Notes under the pieces: model-generated
Seen by the model: the letters and a program-made list of their open reading frames with translations, nothing else
Database searches by the model: none
Told to the model about the DNA's origin: nothing
Shown here: positions 7,272 to 13,987 of the stretch, piece by piece
Layout of the letters: the number at the start of each line of letters is the position of its first letter
Numbering within the stretch: the first letter of the stretch is position 1
NCBI RefSeq assembly: GCF_016806735.1
Contig: NZ_CP060530.1
Coordinates: forward strand, 90,001-122,000
Direction of reading: 5' to 3'
Length of the DNA: 32,000 nt
Origin: Candidatus Micrarchaeum sp.
GTDB lineage: Archaea > Micrarchaeota > Micrarchaeia > Micrarchaeales > Micrarchaeaceae
Made by a program: the position numbers and the translations under genes

Positions 7272-7805
7272 ATGACAGGTAAAAAGATAGGGGTATACGC
7301 TGGCAGTTTCGACCCGCCAACCAACGGCCATTTATGGATGATATCAAAAGCTGCAAAGATCTTCGATAAGCTTATTGTTGCGATAGGCATAAATTCGGAT
7401 AAAAAATACGCGTTTAGCGTTGAGAATAGGGTAAGAATGCTGAAAAGCATAACCAAAGGTATGGAAAACATCGAAGTAACTAGCTTTAAAGACATGTTCT
7501 TGGTAGATTTTGCCAAGAAGGAAGGCGCAAACTTTATAGTTAGAGGAATAAGGGACCTCAAGGATTTCGAATACGAAAAAAGCATAAGGAGCGTAAATGA
7601 GGATATTGAAGCAGTTATACTCACTGTTTTCCTGATGCCTCCATCCAAGCTTAGTGCTGTAAGCTCAAGCTTGGTAAAAGGGCTTGTCGGAAACAAGAAC
7701 TGGGAGAACATAGTATCAAAATATGTGCCTGGCGCAGTACTAACAGAGCTTAGGCTTCATCACATAGATACTGGAGGCAGCGGCGCATTTTCTGGAAATG
7801 AATAA
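7272..7805 (+). CDS. coaD: Phosphopantetheine adenylyltransferase, bacterial CoaD type
   Basis: GVYAGSFDPPTNGHLWMI contains the (T/H)xGH motif. LIVAIGINSDKKYAFSVENRV, FIVRGIRDLKDFEYE and SAVSSSLVK match the bacterial CoaD pattern along the whole length. Confidence 0.85.
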   Translation: MTGKKIGVYAGSFDPPTNGHLWMISKAAKIFDKLIVAIGINSDKKYAFSVENRVRMLKSITKGMENIEVTSFKDMFLVDFAKKEGANFIVRGIRDLKDFEYEKSIRSVNEDIEAVILTVFLMPPSKLSAVSSSLVKGLVGNKNWENIVSKYVPGAVLTELRLHHIDTGGSGAFSGNE

Positions 7806-8017
7806 TAGTCAGTAAATTTAAGCAGCTTCAATTAAATACTAAAATTCAAAATAAAGATAATAGCCCATCCGTTTCCAACATTGTAGCCAGCCTAACGGCA
7901 GAAGACCGCAAAAGGTTAGGTATAAATAAGTCAACATTGTGGTATATGCAGAAGCACATAAAAGAAGGCAAAAGGATCAAGGTATATGGCAAGGTTATGA
8001 ATAAATTGGCTGATTGA
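7802..8017 (+). pseudogene. Start-less reading frame encoding an HTH-like peptide (possible gene relic)
   Basis: The frame is open from the stop at 7799-7801 to TGA at 8015-8017. It reads ...SVSNIVASLTAEDRKRLGINKSTLWYMQKHIKEGKRIKVYGKVMNKLAD. LGINKSTLWY...K is HTH-like (transposase/regulator N-terminal style). The only in-frame ATG is at 7946, inside the putative recognition helix. Confidence 0.3.
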
Positions 8018-8193
8018 CATGATACTAAAGTATATAAACTTATATTTACATAAAATAAATACGAAAATTGCGCTATGGCAACGCTATACAAATGGCCGAC
8101 TGTTTCTGGGTGAAGATAGTAAAGCAAGAACGTATTTGTTAGCGTATGCTAAGCGTAATAATCGGTGATATAAATGGTTAAATTGGTGAGAAA

Positions 8194-9975
8194 ATGAAAG
8201 AAGATCATGAATCAATTTTTGTAAAAAATATACAAAGAGGGAATGGTAAAGAGATAATAACCTTAAGTAATGAAGATGCAAGAATAACTTATCACTGCAA
8301 AAGAGACTATACGACATCTTTCAAAAATCCAGAAGAAAAGGTGCGAGCATCCTATTTTTGCGAACTTGTTCTAGACTACGATTATCCCGCTAAAAACATC
8401 GATATTGAGGTTACTGTTCCACGAAGAACGCCAGAAGATAGGGCGGATATTGTCGTTTACGAAGATGACGGATCAGAGTACCTTGTCATTGAATGCAAGA
8501 GAGATGGGATAACTGATGCGGAATTTAAGCAGGCAATAGAGCAGGCTTTTGGAAATGCAAATAGCCTAAGAGCAAAGTTTGCTTCTGTTGTTGCTGGGAT
8601 AACTAAAACCGCTTTCGATGTGGCAGGGTTTAAACCAAGTGAGCGTGAAAAAAATGTTATTTCTGATATCCCAAAGAAGTATGGAAAAACTCCGAAATAC
8701 AAATTCATCAAAGGTGAAGCAGACAAAGAACTAAAAGTAGTTTCAAGAGAAGAACTGATTAGGGCATTAGAGAAATCACATGATACTATCTGGCAAGGTG
8801 GAAAGTTAGCTCCAACAACTGCTTTTGATGAAGTTTCAAAACTGCTTTTCTGTAAATTGAGAGACGAGAAGACAACAAAGAAAGGAGAAGCGTATGCTTT
8901 TCAGATTGGAACACATGAATCTCCAGAAGAAATTTTTGATAGAATAAATGAAATATATCAAAAGGCTAAAAAAGAAGATGCAGAGGTCTTCAAAGAAGAC
9001 ATACGGTTAGATCCAAAGGTAGTTTACAGTGTTGTTGAACACTTACAGGGATTAGCAATAAACAAGATAGACTTGGATACAAAAGGTGTTGCTTTTGAGA
9101 GGTTTATGGAAGATTTCTTTAAAGGAAAGATGGGGCAGTTTTTCACCCCTAGAGAAACAATAACTTTCTGTGTAGAGGTGCTAAATCCTGAAAGAAGCGA
9201 TCTAGTCATAGACCCAGCTTGCGGTTCTGGTGGTTTCTTGCTAAATACTCTTGATAAGGTGCGAAAATATGCTGAACAGAACTACGATGGGAGTGAATCG
9301 TGGGAATACTGGCATAAGTTTGCAATGAATAATCTTTATGGAATAGAAATCAACGACCAGATAGCAAGAGTATGTAAAATGAATATGATTATTCACGACG
9401 ATGGACACACGAATATTATAAGCACTGATTCATTGAGAAATATAAATGAGATAACAAAACAACATAATGTTTTCAGGAAAAATCACTTCGATATACTTTT
9501 AACAAATCCACCTTTCGGTGCGGATGTTAAATCTACAGAAAAGGATTATCTGGGCAAATATGAGTTAGGTAAAGGTAAGCAAAACCAGAAAACAGAAATT
9601 TTGTTTATAGAACGATGCTTAGATTTCCTCAAGCCAGATGGAAAAATGGCGATTGTCTTGCCAGACGGCATTCTAACTAATCCCTCCTTACAATATGTAA
9701 GGAATTTCCTAATGGAAAATTCACAAATTTTAGCAGTGGTTTCTTTACCACAATTTGCATTTACCCATTTTGGTGCTGGTGTCAAGTCCTCTCTAGTCTT
9801 TTTGAGAAAGAAAGAAGACGATGAGAAGTTGAGTAACTACCCTATCTTTATGGCGATAGCAGAACACATAGGTTATGACGCAACTGGCAGAAAAGATCAA
9901 ATAAATGACCTAAATGCTATTCTCCAAGAGTACAGAAAATTTGAAAAGAACTCAAAAGCTTACAAAGGTGATTAA
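8194..9975 (+). CDS. hsdM: N6-adenine DNA methyltransferase (HsdM-like, gamma class) with an N-terminal HsdR_N-type PD-(D/E)xK domain
   Basis: AdoMet motif is VIDPACGSGGFL (aa ~338-349) and the catalytic motif is NPPF (aa 438-441). The HsdM-type region reads TIWQGGKLAPTTAFDEVSKLLFCKLRDEK. The N-terminal ~150 aa read EEKVRASYFCELV...RADIVVYEDDGSEYLVIECKRDG...QAFGNA, giving an E / D85 / E100-x-K102 nuclease core. Confidence 0.9.
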   Translation: MKEDHESIFVKNIQRGNGKEIITLSNEDARITYHCKRDYTTSFKNPEEKVRASYFCELVLDYDYPAKNIDIEVTVPRRTPEDRADIVVYEDDGSEYLVIECKRDGITDAEFKQAIEQAFGNANSLRAKFASVVAGITKTAFDVAGFKPSEREKNVISDIPKKYGKTPKYKFIKGEADKELKVVSREELIRALEKSHDTIWQGGKLAPTTAFDEVSKLLFCKLRDEKTTKKGEAYAFQIGTHESPEEIFDRINEIYQKAKKEDAEVFKEDIRLDPKVVYSVVEHLQGLAINKIDLDTKGVAFERFMEDFFKGKMGQFFTPRETITFCVEVLNPERSDLVIDPACGSGGFLLNTLDKVRKYAEQNYDGSESWEYWHKFAMNNLYGIEINDQIARVCKMNMIIHDDGHTNIISTDSLRNINEITKQHNVFRKNHFDILLTNPPFGADVKSTEKDYLGKYELGKGKQNQKTEILFIERCLDFLKPDGKMAIVLPDGILTNPSLQYVRNFLMENSQILAVVSLPQFAFTHFGAGVKSSLVFLRKKEDDEKLSNYPIFMAIAEHIGYDATGRKDQINDLNAILQEYRKFEKNSKAYKGD

Positions 9976-9976
9976 A

Positions 9977-11353
9977 ATGGAATGTTTTACAGTTTATTCT
10001 GATCTGATTGAAGGGAGAATAGATCCCCATTTTTATAGACAGGAATTTAGAAATTTGCAAACTACATTAGAAACGCTTCAAAATCAGAAACTCCAGTCTA
10101 TTGTTGAATTTTCAAATGAACTATGGAACCAGAATGATTTTTTTGAAAACGAATTTCCATATATTGAAATTGGTGATATAGATACAGAAATGGGCGAAAT
10201 AAAAAATATAACCTATTACAAAAAAGATAAAGCACCAAGTAGAGCAAAAATGATAGTACGGGAGAACGATATTATCATATCTACTACGAGACCACAACGG
10301 GGCGCAATCGCTATAATTGACAAGCGAATGGACGGATTTATCGCTTCGACTGGATTTGCAGTTTTAAGGAAAATGAAAGTTAATAACATTAAAAAAGAAT
10401 ATTTATTATCCGTTTTACACACACAGATATGTTTAAAACAGATGCTGCAAAGAAGTAGTGGTGGTAATTATCCAGCTATAACTCTTGAGGAATTAAAAAA
10501 CATAATCATACCTATACCCTCATCAGAAATACAAAATAAGATTGTAGAAATGTATAACATAGCTAAAAATATTAAAAAAATAAATGAATTTAAAGCACAG
10601 AAAATTTTCGATTCGATAGATACATATGTTCTAGATAAATTAGGTATAAAACTACCAGAACTGAAAGATAAAATGTTCTATACTGTTAGTTCCAGTACAG
10701 TACAAAATAATAGAACCGATCCGTATTATTATCAACCTAAGTTTAAAGAAGTTGAAAGTGCAATAGAAAAAGGCAAATACGGCTTAGTTAAAATCGAAGA
10801 TTTATTAGAATACTATAAAAAGGGCATAGAAGTTGGTTCAGAAGCTTATACAGAAGAAGGAGTTCCATTTATCAGAGTTTCAGACATAAAAGATTATAAG
10901 ATTGATTATGAAAACACAAAGAAAAAAATCAAAAAAGATTTATACTATGAACTAAAAGAATATCAGCCAGAAAAAGATGAGTTGCTATATTCAAAAGACG
11001 GAAGTATTGGTTTTTGTCCAATAGTTGGAAAAGATAAGGAAGCTATTATAAGTGGAGGTATCTTGCGTTTGAAAATCAAAGAAGAAATCAACAGTTTTTT
11101 TGTAAAATCTATTTTATCTAGTAGCTTTATGAAACTTTTAGCGAATAGAGAGGGCATAGGATCAATAATCAAACATTTACCACCAAAAGTTTTTCTAAGC
11201 ATTAAAGTGCCGTTACCACCAATAGCCATCCAAAACGAGATAGCTGAAGGAGTCAAAAAAAGAGTTAAAGAAGCAGAACAATTACAAAAAGAAGCAAATG
11301 AAAAATTAGAGGAAGCAAAACAGCAGGTTGAAAGACTTATTTTAAACAGTTAG
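9977..11353 (+). CDS. hsdS: Restriction-modification specificity subunit (HsdS-like) with two target-recognition domains
   Basis: ATG lies 1 nt after the hsdM stop. The two halves open with related motifs (GRIDPHFYRQEF, then NRTDPYYYQPKF). Each TRD is followed by a conserved helical spacer (PIPSSEIQNKIVEMYN..., then PLPPIAIQNEIAEGVKKRVKEAEQLQKEANEKLEEAKQQVERLIL). Confidence 0.9.
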   Translation: MECFTVYSDLIEGRIDPHFYRQEFRNLQTTLETLQNQKLQSIVEFSNELWNQNDFFENEFPYIEIGDIDTEMGEIKNITYYKKDKAPSRAKMIVRENDIIISTTRPQRGAIAIIDKRMDGFIASTGFAVLRKMKVNNIKKEYLLSVLHTQICLKQMLQRSSGGNYPAITLEELKNIIIPIPSSEIQNKIVEMYNIAKNIKKINEFKAQKIFDSIDTYVLDKLGIKLPELKDKMFYTVSSSTVQNNRTDPYYYQPKFKEVESAIEKGKYGLVKIEDLLEYYKKGIEVGSEAYTEEGVPFIRVSDIKDYKIDYENTKKKIKKDLYYELKEYQPEKDELLYSKDGSIGFCPIVGKDKEAIISGGILRLKIKEEINSFFVKSILSSSFMKLLANREGIGSIIKHLPPKVFLSIKVPLPPIAIQNEIAEGVKKRVKEAEQLQKEANEKLEEAKQQVERLILNS

Positions 11354-11443
11354 GGCGTACAAACTTTTCCCCTCTTCTTCATGCTAAAACTATCTTAGCA
11401 AAGGGAACCATTTCAGGCTCTATATATAACCCCTTAAAATACA

Positions 11444-11516
11444 TGGGGCTGCCGAGATTTGAACTCGGATATCCAGCGCCCGAGGCTGGAAGTCTGCCAG
11501 GTTAGCGTACAGCCCC
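11444..11516 (-). tRNA. tRNA-Pro(CGG)
   Basis: Read on the minus strand, 73 nt. Acceptor stem is GGGGCTG/CAGCCCC with discriminator A. Anticodon stem is CCAGC/GCTGG with loop CT-CGG-GC. T-arm is CCGAG-TTCAAAT-CTCGG. The D-stem is irregular in my hand folding (3 bp with a bulged A). Confidence 0.75.
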
Positions 11517-11605
11517 AACAAAAGCTACTCTACGGGCAAATAGTTTTATCCATGCTTGCTTTTAACCTTTTTGAAAATTCCACGAATCGCACGCATTGCG
11601 CAGCA

Positions 11606-12277
11606 TCAGTTATTGTAAATATTGCCGATCAATTCTTCGTATATGCTTTTCCTGTATTCAGGATCGGCTTCAGACATGCAGAAGTAATCAAATATTTCCC
11701 AGCCATGCGTTCCGTTCATGTTTGCTGTCTGCATTAAATCAATGTATAAGCGTTTCAGGGCAAATTCATATGTGAAATCACCGAATTCTTCAGTTTCTGC
11801 GTCAAATTTCATAACAATGCCTGAAAAAAGCTCTCCTTTTCTTTTTTCTATTTCAGACTTTTGGGCGTTTTCTTCCTCCATTCTGTTTATCTCCTTTAAG
11901 GCTTTCCTAAATATCTCTACATAGCAGCCAAGCTGTTTTTCTATCTTTTGTATGTCCGTCTCTGCATTGTTCCTTTTTATTACCCTTTCCAAAAGGCTTT
12001 CTGGGGCTATTCTTTTTTCAAGTTCAAAAGAAATCGAGTCGCTGCTGTCGAAAATAGAGTAGTAATCAAGCTCTTCCACGAAGCTCTTGAAGGCGTTTTC
12101 AAAAGCGGGATACTTTATAGGCATGTAGACCTCTTCATCGTCTTCGTAATCTATATACGTTATTTCATCGCTGCTTCCGGTTTTTTGTGCAGATTCGCTT
12201 TCTGAATGTGCATCCGAAGCGGCATTGTCCATCCTCAACAGGGACGAATTGTGGTTGGCTTTTTTCTGCTTTTCCAT
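11606..12277 (-). CDS. Acidic hypothetical protein (223 aa)
   Basis: ATG start. By hand count there are ~48 D/E against ~27 K/R. It contains an acidic run, ITYIDYEDDEEVY. It is divergent from the priL-like gene across a 62-bp spacer. No family recognised. Confidence 0.6.
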   Translation of the reverse strand: MEKQKKANHNSSLLRMDNAASDAHSESESAQKTGSSDEITYIDYEDDEEVYMPIKYPAFENAFKSFVEELDYYSIFDSSDSISFELEKRIAPESLLERVIKRNNAETDIQKIEKQLGCYVEIFRKALKEINRMEEENAQKSEIEKRKGELFSGIVMKFDAETEEFGDFTYEFALKRLYIDLMQTANMNGTHGWEIFDYFCMSEADPEYRKSIYEELIGNIYNN

Positions 12278-12339
12278 AACAACACTAGTTATTTAATTCT
12301 GAAAAGGTTTATATTTGAATTGTATACTTCAGTGTTTGT

Positions 12340-13302
12340 ATGGTTACTAGCGAAGAAATAGACATAGCGTACAAATACCCTTTCTCGGAAGAGGCCAGGG
12401 CAGTCATAGCCGAGAAAGGGCCCAAACAGATAGATTACAGGTATCTGGAGCTAGGCAGGGACAGGGTAGAGGCAGCAATGAACAAGAAGCAAAGCTATTT
12501 CCGAATAGAAATAGAGAACGTCAAGCTCGGCTATGTGATAAGCTACATATACGCTAGGATGCTCGTAAGCGCAAGCGCAAACCCTCTCTTAATAAAGGCT
12601 TTCGCATCCGGAGAGGCCAAGCGCTCTGGAATGGTCTTAAGGGAGGAGACGGATCAAACCATAATGGGGCTTGCCAAGCAGCTATCGTACAACGTATCAA
12701 GCAACGGCAACAGCGAATTCATAATAAGCTTTACCGAATACCTGATGAAGAAGCCGAGCGGCGAGCATTATGCGCTTGTAAACATGAAGCTAAAGAACGG
12801 TTTTGTGATAATGGACAGGCAGGAGCTCTCAAGGGCGCTCGAGCATTCTATATACCTCAAGGTAATGTCAGGATTGCCAATACCAAAGGGCCAGCTTCCA
12901 AAAGAAGTTCTCGACTATTACTCCTCATCAAAAATAAAGCTGCCGGAATCTATGTCAAAGCGTGCACCTGCTTTGCAGGGCAGCACGTGGGTGGACACGG
13001 TCCTTGCTACGCCCATACCTGATGTGCGCCACAGGACCGTGAACCTTGTGCTTGCGCCGTACCTTATAAACGTCAAGGGCATGGACGTGGAGCAGGCAAT
13101 TGAAACAATAAAGAAGTACATAGACGAATGCAAGCAGCTCAACCCAAATACTGACGTGAGTGAGACATACATACGCTACCAGTGCAACTACGCCAAGAAC
13201 AAGGGCATGAGGCCTCTTTCGCTGTCAAAGGCAAAGGAGCTGCTAGGGGAATATGTGGACCTAGGAAAGAGCCAAAATCCGGTGCAGAAAGGCAAAAAGT
13301 GA
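12340..13302 (+). CDS. priL: DNA primase large subunit-like protein (PriL)
   Basis: The N-terminal pattern (YKYPFSEEARAVI...RVEAAM...YIYARMLVS...EAKR) and C-terminal pattern (WVDTVLATPIPDVRHRTVNLVLAPYLINVKGMDVEQAIETIKKY) resemble the archaeal PriL NTD/CTD. The protein has only 2 Cys, so the usual 4-Cys Fe-S ligand set is absent. Confidence 0.6.
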   Translation: MVTSEEIDIAYKYPFSEEARAVIAEKGPKQIDYRYLELGRDRVEAAMNKKQSYFRIEIENVKLGYVISYIYARMLVSASANPLLIKAFASGEAKRSGMVLREETDQTIMGLAKQLSYNVSSNGNSEFIISFTEYLMKKPSGEHYALVNMKLKNGFVIMDRQELSRALEHSIYLKVMSGLPIPKGQLPKEVLDYYSSSKIKLPESMSKRAPALQGSTWVDTVLATPIPDVRHRTVNLVLAPYLINVKGMDVEQAIETIKKYIDECKQLNPNTDVSETYIRYQCNYAKNKGMRPLSLSKAKELLGEYVDLGKSQNPVQKGKK

Positions 13303-13306
13303 TACT

Positions 13307-13447
13307 ATGGAGGTAACGATGCTGTGCGACATATGTGGCAAAAGGCTTGCCAGCCATACGTGCAGGCTTTGCGGGAGAAGGGTATGCAGCGATGATTTCG
13401 ACGGAAAACTCGGAATATGCAAATCATGCAAGCTTGGCCGCAAATAA
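13307..13447 (+). CDS. Unannotated 46-aa Cys-rich zinc-ribbon/HIT-like mini-protein
   Basis: Hand translation gives MEVTMLCDICGKRLASHTCRLCGRRVCSDDFDGKLGICKSCKLGRK. The Cys spacing is CxxC-x8-CxxC-x4-C-x10-CxxC. ATG lies 4 nt after the priL-like stop. It is below the length cutoff of the ORF track. Confidence 0.55.
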   Translation: MEVTMLCDICGKRLASHTCRLCGRRVCSDDFDGKLGICKSCKLGRK

Positions 13448-13480
13448 CGCTTGCATATTGTTTTTCATAGGTAAGCGGGC

Positions 13481-13522
13481 GTTAAGCCAGTACATGTATT
13501 AAAACGTACACTCCGGCTTAAC
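13481..13522. terminator. Inverted repeat between convergent genes (possible bidirectional terminator)
   Basis: GTTAAGCC (13481-88) pairs with GGCTTAAC (13515-22), and there is an inner GTAC/GTAC pair. An oligo-T run TGTTTTTC (13459-66) follows the mini-ORF stop. The site lies between the plus-strand gene ending at 13447 and the minus-strand gene ending at 13568. Confidence 0.3.
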
Positions 13523-13567
13523 CTAGAAATATATTAAGGCAATGCTGACTGAAAAGGTTGCAAAAGG

Positions 13568-13981
13568 CTACTTTTTTCTGTACTGTGCAAAGCACAATGC
13601 TGCAAGCACAATATTGAAAATTAGGAATATGGTAAATGCAGTAGAGGTTCCGAAAGAAGACAGCGGCGTAGTCCCAAATCCAAACAGATACGCGAACCCA
13701 TTTGTTCCTTTGAATCCGCTTATAGGCAGGTTGAGGGCTGCGTCAGCAATTTGCGCAATGAACATCAGAAGAGCGAAAATGCCGACCAAAGCCGTAAGTG
13801 CTTTCTTCCTTGTTACATACCTTATGGCCAGGGTCACTGCCATTACTATCAGGTATGCCAAAAGTATTATCCAATGAAAATAGCCGAACTGCCTTAAAAG
13901 CTTGTCAAAAAGAAGCAAGTACAGCCCTGACGCATATACTAGCAGCAATGCTGCATGGCTTGCCAGGGCTGACCTATTCAT
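13568..13981 (-). CDS. 4-TM membrane protein, hypothetical
   Basis: ATG lies 7 nt downstream of the stop of the surface-protein gene on the same strand. It has four hydrophobic segments. No family recognised. Confidence 0.6.
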   Translation of the reverse strand: MNRSALASHAALLLVYASGLYLLLFDKLLRQFGYFHWIILLAYLIVMAVTLAIRYVTRKKALTALVGIFALLMFIAQIADAALNLPISGFKGTNGFAYLFGFGTTPLSSFGTSTAFTIFLIFNIVLAALCFAQYRKK

Positions 13982-13987
13982 TGTTGT

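Noticed and set aside
8147-8155. The 9-mer GTTAGCGTA is shared with tRNA-Pro (11501-11509), a possible att remnant at the left island border.
   Set aside because: The match is too short. My rough estimate for such a hit in a 400-nt region is about 0.1, and it corresponds to the tRNA 5' half rather than the 3' half.
7846-8317. Minus-strand ORFs 7846-8127 (93 aa) and 8084-8317 (77 aa) at the left edge of the R-M island.
   Set aside because: Both are Leu/Phe/Tyr/Ser-rich low-complexity translations of AT-rich DNA. The second overlaps the hsdM start. The plus-strand HTH-like frame is the only protein-like reading there.
13139-13443. Minus-strand ORFs of 72 and 60 aa overlapping the priL 3' end and the zinc-ribbon mini-ORF.
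   Set aside because: The plus-strand reading gives a regular CxxC-patterned zinc ribbon coupled to priL. The minus-strand translations are His/Ser/Leu-rich with no motif.
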